A stretch of 64,000 nucleotides of DNA. Origin: Heptranchias perlo (lineage: Eukaryota). Position numbers and translations under genes: made by a program. Location of the stretch: the NCBI RefSeq assembly GCF_035084215.1, contig NC_090348.1, forward strand, positions 44,578,001 to 44,642,000. Reading direction: 5' to 3'. The notes beneath the pieces were generated by a model. It did no database searches. It was given only the letters and a program-made list of their open reading frames with translations, and had not been told where the DNA came from. Positions 1 to 16,100 of the stretch are shown here, one piece after another (within the stretch, counting starts at the first letter, position 1; each line of letters begins with the position of its first letter).

Positions 1-614
1 CAGAAAACTTATCCAGCTTGTTCTTAATTTATCTACTTCCTGTCAGGTTTCATATCATTTCAGCTACAGCAATATTAAAAGACATTCTCCCTCCCCTCCC
101 AGCCCAGCCGCTCCAACACACTGTTCCGTGACTGAGAGACAAACGGAGAACTTCAGGGGCATTCGGGGCTGTTTTTAGTTCCAGAGATGCACAGAGTTGC
201 CTCCAGAGGAGGTTTCTCTCAGTCCCACCAGAACACAGCCGTTCCCAGCGCCAGTGGATGTCCTCGGCCACAAGGCAATACTGCTCTAGACCTTCACACA
301 ACTATGCACGTGCAAGATTACACTCGGAGCAGTGGAGAGGAGCAGAGCTGCCTACTACTGTGAGCGTAGAACAGAGCTGCTGGTTCATGTGTACGTAGAG
401 CAGCGGGTTAATGTAGATTCCACAGTACTTGGAGCCCCAGCATATTATTTATCGTATTATTCAATTTGAAGCAGATCTGTAATATAAAAGGGTTTGGGTA
501 GGGGTGGGTTTAAAGAGAGGGGTATGAACCGAACCTTCCACAATTATAACCAGCCAATGCTCCAATGTGCGTCAAAGGGTATTCCACCATGGGAGTCATC
601 ATCTGCAAACTGGT

Positions 615-692
615 TGTCCTATCCCACTGTCCTATCCCACTGTCCTATCCCACTGTCCTATCCCACTGTCCTATCCCACTGTCCTATCCCAC
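615..692. repeat. 13-bp tandem repeat x6 (single unit in copy B)
   Basis: (TGTCCTATCCCAC)6. Confidence 0.95.
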
Positions 693-1522
693 TTAAAATA
701 AGAGCCACTCGATCACGACCAGGGGCAGGATTTCTGGCCACTTTCCTCTTTGCTAACCCAGGGCTCATAAGCCGATCAGTTCAGCTCGAATGCCACACCG
801 GATGAGATCAGCCAGTCCCGCATGGATCGGGAATGGAATCTGGGATCCCCGCTGGTCAGTACGGTTCAGCTACTCAGTGGATATAAAAACTTACTGAGTC
901 ATCAGACCTGGCAGCGCGGGCAATTCCACCCAGGGCTGACGCGCTTTTAAACAAAATGATGAGAAACTGAAAACTCCTCACCAGATGGCAACGCAATTAA
1001 TGGAATTGGGATTACACAAAACCGGGAACGGTGGGAAAACGGACTGAATTAAACACATGGCAACGGAGGTCAGGGTAAAGGAGCTGTCATTTTCACCTGC
1101 GACCAGAACACAGCCAGCCCCACAGGAGTACGGAAAGAAAGCACCTTTCGCAATCACTCCCTTTGGTTCACAATCAAACACCAAGGATTCCGAGAGAAGA
1201 TTCATGTGTATTTTTCTCTATCTGGTGGGGTGGGTGGGGGACTCCCGGGCAGACGGACCTGAAACCGGGCAGGAATCAGGAAGTGGGGAAGAGAGGTGGG
1301 GGTGAGCCCAGCAAGGCTTCCTCACAGTGGCACGGTGGGGGGGGGGTCAGGAAGGTCCCTGGCCTTCTCGTCTCCCGTGGCGCACCGCACTGGGACTCCC
1401 ACCGTGCGACAGGCTTCCTGGTCAGTCCCACAGTCCTGCTCATGACAGCAATAACCAGGGCTGCTTGAAATTCCAGTGCTCCTTCACCGTTGGTTTTCTG
1501 CAGTCGGTCCCAAGCCTACTTT

Positions 1523-3236
1523 TAGAATCATAGAATCATAGAAGTTTACAACATGGAAACAGGCCCTTCGGCCCAACATGTCCATGTCGCCCAGTTTATA
1601 CCACTAAGCTAGTCCCAATTGCCTGCACTTGGCCCATATCCCTCTATACCCATCTTACCCATGTAACTGTCCAAATACTTTTTAAAAGACAAAATTGTAC
1701 CCGCCTCTACTACTGCCTCTGGCAGCTCGTTCCAGACACTCACCACCCTTTGAGTGAAAAAATTCCCCCTCTGGACCCTTTTGTATCTCTCCCCTCTCAC
1801 CTTAAATCTATGCCCCCTCGTTATAGACTCCCCTACCTTTGGGAAATGATTTTGACTATCTACCTTATCTATGCCCCTCATTATTTTATAGACTTCTATA
1901 AGATCACCCCTTAACCTCCTACTCTCCAGGGAAAAAAGTCTCAGTCTATCCAACCTCTCCCTATAAGTCAAACCATCAAGTCCCGGTAGCATCCTAGTAA
2001 ATCTTTTCTGCACTCTTTCTAGTTTAATAATATCCTTTCTATAATAGGGTGACCAGAACTGAACACAGTATTCCAAGTGTGGCCTTACTAATGTTTTGTA
2101 CAACTTCAGCAAGACATCCCAACTCCTGTATTCAATGTTCTGACCAATGAAACCAAGCATGCTGAATGCCTTCTTCACCACCCTATCCACCTGTGACTCC
2201 ACTTTCAAGGAGCTATGAACCTGTACACCTAGATCTCTTTGTTCTTTAACTCTCCCCAATGCCCTGGCCCGATTCGATCTACCAAAATGCATCACCTCAC
2301 ATTTATCTAAATTAAACTCCATCTGCCATTCATCGGCCCACTGGCCCAATTTATCAAGATCCCGTTGCAATCCTAGATAACCTTCTTCACTGTCCACAAT
2401 GCCACCAATCTTGGTGTCATCTGCAAACTTACTAACCATGCCTCCTAAATTCTCATCCAAATCATTAATATAAATAACAAATAACAGCGGACCCAGCACC
2501 GATCCCTGAGGCACACCGCTGGTCACAGGCCTCCAATTTGAAAAACAAGCCTCTACAACCACCCTCTGTCTTCTGTCGTCAAGCCAATTTTGTATCCAAT
2601 TGGCTACCTCACCTTGGATCCCGTGAGTTTTAACCTTATGTAACAACCTACCATGCGGTACCTTGTCAAAGACTTTGCTAAAGTCCATGTAGACCACGTC
2701 TACTGCACAGCCCTCATCTATCTTCTTGGTTACCCCTTCAAAAAACTCAATCAAATTCGTGAGACATGATTTTCCTCTCACAAAACCATGCTGACTGTTC
2801 CTAATCAGTCCCTGCCTCTCCAAATGCCTGTAGATCCTGTCTCTCAGAATACCCTCTAACAACTTACCCACTACAGATGTCAGGCTCACCGGTCTGCAGT
2901 TCCCAGGCTTTTCCCTGCCGCCCTTCTTAAACAAAGGCACAACATTTGCCACCCTCCAATCTTCAGGCACCTCACCTGTAGCTGTCGATTCAAATATCTC
3001 TGCTCGGGGACCCGCAATTTCCTCCCTAACCTCCCATAACGTCCTGGGATACATTTCATCAGGTCCCGGAGATTTATCGACCTTGATGCGCGTTAAGACG
3101 TCCAGCACCTCCCTCTCGGTAATATGTACACTCCTCAAGACATCACTATTTATTTCCCCAAGTTCCCTAACATCCATGCCTTTCTCAACCGTAAACACCG
3201 ATGTGAAATATTCATTTAGGATCTCACCCATCTCTT
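1523..3236 (-). mobile_element. CR1 LINE, 5'-truncated, RT domain and 3' end with open frame
   Basis: ORF 1609..3327 contains [32 protein letters not shown] and FADD. (ATTCTATG)n tail at about 1523-1542. Confidence 0.95.
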
Positions 3237-4019
3237 GTGTTTCTCTTGCCAATTTTCTCCGTTCCACGCTGAAGATACAGTCCAATCCGGGTCCCCCCCC
3301 CGCCAGCTCAAGGACCCTGCCCAGCATTTACTCGGTGGCTTTGACGGTGATTCCAGGGGGGCGGGGTCATCATGGCCATGGCCAAGCCCGACCCTGTCCG
3401 CACGTGGACTCCCAGTACGAGGAATGGGAATCCTGGCCGCCTTTCCCCCTCCACAACCCGGGAGCACTGAGGCCTATCGCAGCCCTGGCTGGGATCAGTT
3501 ACTCACTGATACACCCAGCTGGTCCTCTGGGGAAGTCTACACCATCTCATCTGTTGACACGGGAAGGCTTTCCTTTTTTTTGTTGCAAAATATAAAATAT
3601 GGCAAAAACTTCCCTCACAGGTTCAATGGGTAAAAGCTATGAACGCCTTGGGACATTTTACTACCTTAAAGGCACTATATAAACGCAAGATCAGGGACGC
3701 CCCAGATTTCTATGATCTGTGCCGAGCTACAGCGACAGTGCGGGGGGGCAAACCTGTACCCGGTGACCCAGAGACTGGGGGAGGGGAGCAGAATAAGTCA
3801 AAGGTCACAGTGCTCGTTGCCATCCCGGCTACAAAGAGCACAGATTTGGCCGAGGTGTGGACAGCATCGGGGCTGATCGTAATATCACCCACGGAGGAAT
3901 AGCTCTCAACACTCACTGTCAACGGCTCACGCAGTAAAGAATGGCACTCGATTGAGGCACCCGAGGGCCACGGACATTTGCGGAACAGCCACCCCAGCTC
4001 GGGTCAGTGTCTTAACAAT

Positions 4020-4445
4020 GTCAGCCGTGGTTCGGTGGTAGCACTCGCGCCTCGGAGTCAGAAGGTTGTGGGTTCAAGTCTCACTCCAGAGACTTGAGCA
4101 CAAAATTTAGGCTGACACCCCCAGTGCAATACTGAGAGAGTGCTGCATTGTCAGAGATGCTGTCTTTCGGATGAGGCATTAAGCTGAGGCCCCGTCTGCT
4201 CTCTCGGATGGATGTAAAAGATCCCCAGGCACTATTTTGAAGAGCAGGGGAGCTCTCCCAGTGTCCTGGCCAATATTTATCCCTCAACCAACATCATTAA
4301 AACAGATTATTTTGTCGGTATCACATTGCTGTTTGTGGGACCTTGCCCTGCACAAAATGGCTGCCACGTTGCCCATATTACAACAGTGACTACACTTCAA
4401 AGAGTATTTCAAAAAGGCACGATATAAATGCAAGTTCTTTCTTTC
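4020..4445 (+). mobile_element. tRNA-headed Deu-domain SINE (SacSINE1-like); duplicate at 48711-49136
   Basis: A/B boxes (GGTTCAAGTC), central GCTGTTTGTGGGA..TGGCTGCC..CAGTGACTACACTTCAAA, L2-like tail. Confidence 0.8.
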
Positions 4446-4579
4446 TTACTGTCAGGCGAGATGGGGAAAACGGGAACATGGTTACAAACCCATAATGGGG
4501 ATTTTAGAGATACCAGTGAACGTCAAATATTGATCCCAATGGTTAGATTCCACCCCACCTCCCCTCCGTTTCTACGTAC

Positions 4580-8921
<4,342 letters not shown>

Positions 8922-9029
8922 TCAGTAAAGAATAAACCGGATTCGAGGAGTTTCCCAAAAGCAGCAAAAAGGCGGGAGGGAGGGAGGGAGTGGAGGGCCC
9001 GCCCGCCTCAACAGGCCCAGTGGTCGGGC

Positions 9030-9506
9030 CCCCGGGCCCCACACCCCCGGGCGGCGCACCCGACACCCCCGGGCGGCGCACCCGACACCCCCGGGCGGCG
9101 CACCCGACACCCCCGGGCGGGGCACCCGACACCCCCGGGCGGGGCACCCCACACCCCCGGGCGGCGCACCCCACACCCCCGGTAACCCCGGGCTCCCCGG
9201 ACCCTCCGATCCCCGGGCCTCAGATCCCCGGTAACTCCGGTCCCCGGACCCCCGGACCCTCCGATCCCCGGACCCCCGGACCCTCCGATCCCCGGACCCC
9301 CGGGCCCTCCGATCCCCGGACCCCCGGGCCCTCCGATCCCCGGACCCCCGGTAACCCCGGGCCCTCCGATCCCCGGACCCCCGGTAACCCCGGGCCCTCC
9401 GATCCCCGGACCCCCGGGCCCTCCGATCCCCGGACCCCCGGTAACCCCGGGCCCTCCGATCCCCGGACCCCCGGTAACTCCGATCCCCGGACCCCCGGTA
9501 ACTCCG
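9030..9506. repeat. GC-rich compound minisatellite in TMEM209 intron 1; variant at 53031-53487
   Basis: 21-bp CACCCCCGGGCGGCGCACCCG-type units and 18/24/33-bp CCGATCCCCGGACCCCCGG-type units. Confidence 0.95.
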
Positions 9507-9528
9507 GCCGCCGCATTCATTCACTCAC

Positions 9529-9640
9529 CGACCCGCTCCGCCGCCACCGGAAATACAATGACCTACTTCCGCTAACGTACGTCATCTCGCTTGACGTCGG
9601 CAAAGATTTTTAAAAACTGGACGCGGGAAATTCATAACGC
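9529..9640 (-). promoter_or_regulatory. TMEM209 copy A CpG-island promoter and non-coding exon 1
   Basis: Donor TCG/GTGAGT at 9528. ETS-like CCGGAAAT 9547-9554 and ACTTCCG 9565-9571; CRE-like TACGTCA 9578-9584 and TGACGTC 9592-9598; E2F GCGGGAAA 9623-9630. Confidence 0.7.
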
Positions 9641-11672
9641 GTGGCCCCGCCCACCCCCGCCCACTTACCCCCGGGACCCCGCCCACTGACCCCCGGGCCC
9701 CGCCCACTGACCCCCGGGCCCCGCCCACTAACTCGAGGACTCAGGAAAACACCAGCTGGCCCCGAGCCCCGCCCACTCGCCCTGGGAAACGCCCACTGGC
9801 CGCAGGACACGCCCACTGTGGCGACAGGACACGCCCACTGACCACAGGACACGCCCACTGACCCCAGGCTATTCCCCTCACTCCCCCAACTCAGTGGAAC
9901 GCCCTCCACCCCCTGACCCTGGGACATGCTCACTGACCACAGCCGACTCCCCTCCACCCTCCCCCACTGGGCGGGTCACCTCCCCACACTGACCCAAGGC
10001 CACTACGTCCCTCTGTCCCCTGTGAGGAGACTGCCCCAATTACCCCGAGACCCCTCTCGCTGACCCCAGGCCTGCTCCCCACTGACCCCAGGCCACACCT
10101 CCTTGCACTGACCCTGGGACATCTAAACCCCGACTGACCCCAGGCCACTTGCCCCTCACTGTCCCCCGGGCCACCACCCCAAGCACCAGGCCATGCCCTG
10201 GAACCCCAACCCATCATCCCCCTCCTCACGATGCCAGCCAGCTTACCCGCTGACCATGGGCCAGCAACCCCTACATGAGGACACTCTACCCACCGTCCCA
10301 GGGCTAACCCACCCATTGACTGGACCGCACCATCTGCTGACCAGCCCATTCAAGCCAAGACAACTTTACGTAGGAAGTTTCCATTCTAAAGTCCGCATCG
10401 GAATTCTAATGGTAAATGTTGAGAGGAAATGCATCAGATTTTTAACATATATTGCTGATGAACTGGAAGAATCTCTACATAAGCAGACCAGGGCTGGAAG
10501 TCCCCAGCTCGTAATTAAGTGATTCTTTTAACCCCAGTGCATTGGATAAATGTTTTAGAAAATACAATTTTGTTTGTTATTTTACTTTTTCTGCCAGTAA
10601 CAGCAAATGAACTGTAAATGGAGAAATGAAATAAAATACTGGAGAGCATAGGAACTGGAGGAGGCCATTCAGCCCCTCGAGGTTGTTCCGCCATTCAATT
10701 AGATCATGACTGATCTTAAGGCTATAGATAAAACATTACTTATTGGTAAATTGCTAAAAAAAAGAATAGTATTTCAATCTCTTATTTGCCTTTAAGAAAA
10801 ATGTAAAGGAAAATTAATAGATTTATATCGACTCATTCCTGTCCTCGGGACATCCAAACAGCGTCAGCAAGCAACACCCGCTAACCAATAACCTGCTCAT
10901 CAGCTCAGGTTCTGCCAGAACCTCTGGGCTCCAGACCTCATCACAGTCTTGATCAAGGCACAGATGCAAGGGCTTAATGCTAGAGGAGGGGTGAGAGTGG
11001 CCGCCCCTCAACATCAAGGGAGAATTTGACCAAGTACGAGACCAAGGAGCCCTCCGAAAAATGAGGTCAATGGAGGTCATGGGGAAACCCTCCAGTGGCT
11101 GGGGTCACAGGGGAAGATGGCCGTGATTGTCGGAGGTCAATCAAAGCAACAGGAGGAGGCCATTCGGCCCCTTTAACCCGTTCTGCCATTCAATTCGATC
11201 ATGGCTGATCTGTACCTCAACTTCATTTGGAGCCTTTGCTCCATATCCCCTGATACCTTATTCAACAAAAATCGACCAATCTCAGTTGTGAAAATTTCAA
11301 TTGACCCAGAATCCAACGCCTTTTAGGGGAGTGAGTTTCAGATTATTTTTTGTACCTGTGCACTAGCTTTTAGTGATTTGTGCACATTGACACCCAAATC
11401 CGTTTGTTCATCCACAGCTCCTAGTCTCTCCCCGTTAAGAAAATATTTCAATTTGTCTTTCTCGGATCCAAAGTGGGTGACCTCACACTTCCCCACATTG
11501 AACTCCATCTGCCACAGTTTTGCCCACTCACTTAGTCTGTTGATGTCCCTCTATCATTTCCTGCTCCCATCCACACAACTTACTGTTGGCTGGAATACAA
11601 ATGTGAGGAAGTGATGCTTCAGTTATACAGAGCCTTGGTCGGACCCCATCTGGAGCGCTGCGTTCAGTTCTG

Positions 11673-12375
11673 CGTTCACACGAGAGGACACCACCCACCA
11701 GGTGCATGGTTCATACTCCTGTGACTCGGCCAACGTTGTCTACCTCATACGTTGCAGGAAAGGATGCCCCAGAGCATGGTACATTGGCGAGACCATGCAG
11801 ACGCTGCGACAACGGATGAACGGACACCGCGCAACAATCGCCAGACAGGAGGGTTCCCTCCCAGTCGGGGAACACTTCAGCAGTCAGGGACATTCAGCCA
11901 CCGACCTTCGGGTAAGCGTACTCCAAGGCGGCCTTCGAGACACACGACAACGCAAAATCGTCGAGCAGAAATTGATAGCCAAGTTCCGCACCCATGAGGA
12001 CGGCCTCAACCAGGATCTTGGGTTCATGTCATGCTACACGTTACCCCACCAGCGAACAAATGTTATCTGTTTTTAATATAACGGGTCATTTGCTGTCTTT
12101 TCTATGTTTCTGCCTCTCTATCTCTGTTTTTTTTTGGTGGTTTGTATATTCGGAGACCTTGTAGGTAACACCTGTCTGTCTGCACACTGATTGCCTTGGC
12201 AACGGGCAGTTGAAAGGACTGTCTGTAATCACCAGGTATTGTTCTGTGATTTATAAATGCGAGAGGTTCGAGGATTTCATTTCCACAACATTCACCTGAG
12301 GAAGGAGGAAGCCTCCGAAAGCTTGTGAATTTCAAATAAAATTGCTGGACTATAACTTGGTGTTGTAAAATTGTT
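11673..12375 (+). mobile_element. Penelope-like element fragment (GIY-YIG endonuclease plus pseudo-LTR)
   Basis: ORF 11702..12076 NVVYLIRC..C...YIGET..LRQRMNGHR...GLN. Flanked by the 10-bp direct repeat TTCAGTTCTG (11663-11672, 12376-12385). Confidence 0.9.
12290..12330 (+). ncRNA. Minimal type I hammerhead ribozyme motif (Penelope-associated)
   Basis: ATTCAC-CTGAGGA-A-GGAGG(AAG)CCTCC-GAAA-GCTT-GTGAAT: 6-bp stem I, 5-bp stem II, core boxes, palindromic AAGCTT in place of stem III. Confidence 0.75.
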
Positions 12376-12914
12376 TTCAGTTCTGGGCACCACACTTCAG
12401 GAAGGATATATTGGCCTTGGAGGAGTTACAGTGCAGATTCACCAGAATGATACTGGGCTTAGAGGGTTAAATTATGAGGACAGGTTGCATAAACTTGGCT
12501 TGTATTCCCTTGAATATAGGAGATTGAGAGGTGATCTAACCTTAGTGTCTAAAATGATAAAGTGATTTGATGGGGTAGATACAATGAAACGATTTCCTCT
12601 GCACTCCTTCCAAACACTGCTCCAGCTGAGATCAGGTAAGTCAGCACAGAACAGGCTTTGAAACAACAACCTCCCTGGTCTGAATAGGTCAGTAATTCAC
12701 TGGGCAGTGCATTAACCTAGTGAGCTATCTGTACACTTCCCCTCAGCCCACAAAAGAATATGTTTTATAAATATCCACAAAGAAGAAATAGAGTTGAATA
12801 ATTGGTTTAACTGGATGTTGCCAAAGCATAGCTTTTCAATCCTGCAATTTATTTGCATATCATCAGATTATTAAATTGTTAAACATTTTTATTCAAAATC
12901 ATCAGGACTTTGCT

Positions 12915-13060
12915 GGAAAAACAAACAAGGTATTGATATAAGCAGCCTCAATCTGCGTGGGAATTATTCCACGTGGCACCATTTCTACAGATTAATGCTA
13001 GTCATTATCTTTGTCTTTATCTGGTGACTCCCTGGCCGCCTCTCAGCTTTAAATATAGCC
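12915..13060 (+). promoter_or_regulatory. CPA copy A acinar-type proximal promoter
   Basis: TATA-like TTTAAATATA 13048-13057; RBPJ/TC-box CGTGGGAA 12956-12963 with E-box CACGTG 12970-12975; GATA TTATCT at 13005 and 13017; FoxA-like AAACAAACA at 12919. Confidence 0.65.
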
Positions 13061-13092
13061 CGGCACATTGTTCCTTTTCACAAGGCTTCACC

Positions 13093-13157
13093 ATGAGGAC
13101 GCTTTTCGTTTTCTCAGCTCTGCTGGTGGCCGTTTGCACCCAGAGAAGTTTCGAGGG
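13093..13157 (+). CDS. CPA copy A exon 1 (signal peptide)
   Basis: Kozak-like ttcaccATG; [22 protein letters not shown]; donor GTGAGT. Confidence 0.93.
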
Positions 13158-16100
13158 GTGAGTTACTACCTTGTGGCGAGATTTCTTTTCAAGCAGGTTC
13201 CTCGATATTAGTTTGTCCGATCCGACTCAAGGGTGGAGGGTCTTTATGAGAACCTCTTGGTGTGGAACTGGACAGGTCCCAGATCTGACCCTCGCCCTTT
13301 GTTGAGTTGGCTGACCTCAGCCGGTGCAGAGCGCAGAAGGCATGACAGTTGACCTCTGTTGCCCTGGGCTCGGGAGGGTGGGAAACTCATCCAGGGCTGT
13401 TCCCCATGCCCAAAACACATGATCAATGGATACCTAGTTGAGATATTCCGGCGATCGTGGTGCGTCAGCACCTTGGAGAGAATGGGAAAGAATCGTTCTT
13501 TTGATGGCTAATCGTAGACTGTGGTGGGGCTAACGGACCTTACAACTTTGGACTCTAGGTTCAAACCTTGTCCAAACTGATGGGGTGAAGATCACATCTC
13601 TCTCCCTCCAGTAGGTGTTGTCTACCAAATGACTTTGGGCTTAGTCTCAACTCCAGTTCCTCATGGGCGAGAATCACCCATCGTAAAACTGCCCATAATT
13701 TGGCATTAAAATTAGCGATGAAGGAAGCCACAGGTTAGCTGGTGTGGGAAGTGGAAAATTGTCACACTGGAGCAGTAGGGAGTGGTCCTGTCAGGGTGGG
13801 TCAGAGTAGAGAGAGCTTTACTCTACTATATCTGACCTGGGAGTTCCCCATACTGACACGGGGAACCTGAAATGGAAAGTGTTCCATTTCCCCACCACTA
13901 ACATCTCACCATTTTTAATTTTAAGAAGTGCACACACATACAATTTGAGCACTTTATATAAAGCCAACACACTAAGGGACCGATCCTGAGATTTACACTC
14001 CATCCCTTGTGTTCATCCCAACACTCGCTGTGAAGGCACTCTCTTGAAGAATGACCCAGGAACCAGACCTCAGCAGGAGTCAGCTCCTTCATAAGAAGTG
14101 GGCAGGAGAGAAGGGAGAAATGGTGGCAAAAATAAGTGCCAAAATATATTTGTTCTCTTTAATTGTTCCCAGAGGTTGTGATGCATCCTTGCAGATCAAA
14201 ATGATCCCAGAAAGTTCTCTCATAGCTTCACAAAGTATCTTTCAATATCTCTCCTCTCATCAGGTGCCTGCGCTGCACCAGCTCAGGATCAAACTCTCAC
14301 CTCTGAAGCTTGTAGGTTCGAAGCTTCATTCCAGAGGCTTGAGCACAAAATCGAGGCTGACTCTCCCAGCGCACTGTCGTTTTTCAGATGAGACGTTAAA
14401 CTGAGGCCCTGTCTGCCCTCTCAGGTGGACCTAAAAGATCCCATGGCACTATTTGGAAGAAGAGCAGGGGAGTTCTCCCCTGGTGTCCTGGACAATATTT
14501 ATCCCCCAACCAACATCAAAAACAGATTGATCTGGTCATTTATTTCATTGCTTTTTTGTGGGATCTTGCTGTGTGTAATTTGGTTGCCGCGTTTCCTACA
14601 TTACAGCAGTGACTACACTTCAAAAAGTAGTTCATTGGCTGTAAAGCACTTTGGGATCTTCTGAGGCCATGAAGGGTGCTGTATAAATGCAAGTCCATTC
14701 TTTATTAATAATTAATAAACGGCCCAACAACTAAACATTGATACTGACACTTGGTGTGTTTGCAGGGACCAGGTCCTACGGCTGACGCCCACAGATGAGG
14801 AACAGGTCAGCCTGGTGATGTCCCTGGAGGAACATGACCATCTCCAGGTAAGTCAGAACGTAAAACTGCATCTCTGACCATAAACCACAGAGGGAACTAC
14901 AAACACCCGGGGAACGCTTCATCACTCAACCTCCCATGGCATTGCTCAAATATAGTCCGCAGCCTGCACCACCGTTGTGATATTTAGCTGTTAATCTGTC
15001 CTGTCCCTTTCAGGCCACCGTTTTAACTGGGCTAATCCAGGTTTTGTAGCTACTTAGAAATTGCTGGGACCAATCAGAGGGCAGTTCGAACTGGTTGTAA
15101 ATTTCAAGCTCCAGGTCAACGAATGGCTTTCTCCGCAACCCCACCCCACCTTCTTTTCAAAAAAAAAATTTGCTTTGCCTCTGTAGCAAAGTGTGACATC
15201 TGGTGTGTGACGGACACGGGCTGTGGGGGATCGACCGCCCGTTATACACCCCGCCCCGATTTTCCTTCCCGTTGTGTCTCACGTCGCTGAAGTAGAATGA
15301 AGCGGAGGCCAGAGGACTCACAGTGTGAAACCGTCACGTTAAATCCATCGAGAGATGTTCAGCAGCTGATCACTAGGAGCTGGCCGAAAAATCACACGCG
15401 GTGATTGGCGACAGCGTGTGGGAACATCTGGTTTTCGGGCGACATCATCCTTCTGATGACGTCACCAGATGCTACGTTCAGCTGTACACTAATCGACAGG
15501 TGTTTGCCAGCAAACTCGGCCTATATTATGTCGATTATGTATTACAGATATATTATATGTTAAATATAAACGTAATTTTTCTCCTCTTTCTCTCTCTCTA
15601 GCTTGATATCTGGCGCAGTCCCGTCAAGTCTGACCTCATTATAGATGTCCATGTTCCACAGGGCAGTCTTCAGTCTTTCAAAGTGTTTCTGGAGCACAGC
15701 GGGATTCAGTATTCGGTAATGATTGAAGACCTGCAGGTGCGTCAACAACTAAACCAAACCATGCCAGGTAGAGGGGCTACAATTGGGCCCAGTGTACAGG
15801 GCTGGAGGGGGAGATATTCAGCCAGGTTTCCCACTCTTAATTTTATTCCAGCGGCCCCTGCTGGAGGTGTGTGTGACAGGGGGTGTGTGTGTGACAGGGG
15901 GTGTGTGTGTGACAGGGGGTGTGTGTGTGACAGGGGGTGTGTGTGTGACAGGGGGGGTGTGTGTGACAGGGGGTGTGTGTGTGACAGGGGGTGTGTGTGT
16001 GACAGGGGGTGTGTGTGAGCACGTGCAAGTGGTTATGTACACAAGCTGTGTGTAAGGGTGTGTGTAAGGGTGTGTGTAAGCATATGTGAGTATGTTTAGG

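Larger units (their letters stand above)
11145..12600. mobile_element. Rearranged CR1 (3' end and RT piece on -, internal piece on +), interrupted by Penelope; duplicate at 55135-56590
   Basis: Degenerate ORF2 peptides WQMEFNVGKCEV on - and GLEYK..VQFWAP..RRLRGDL on +. Confidence 0.8.

Noticed and set aside
8922-9613. Long Gly/Pro-rich collagen- or elastin-like ORFs (also 52676-53594)
   Set aside because: Translations of a stop-free minisatellite in TMEM209 intron 1; open in several frames on both strands and differing between copies
9700-13000. SSMEM1 or another gene between TMEM209 and CPA
   Set aside because: The interval is explained by repeats, including a degenerate LINE RT piece at about 10830-11143; no recognisable exons
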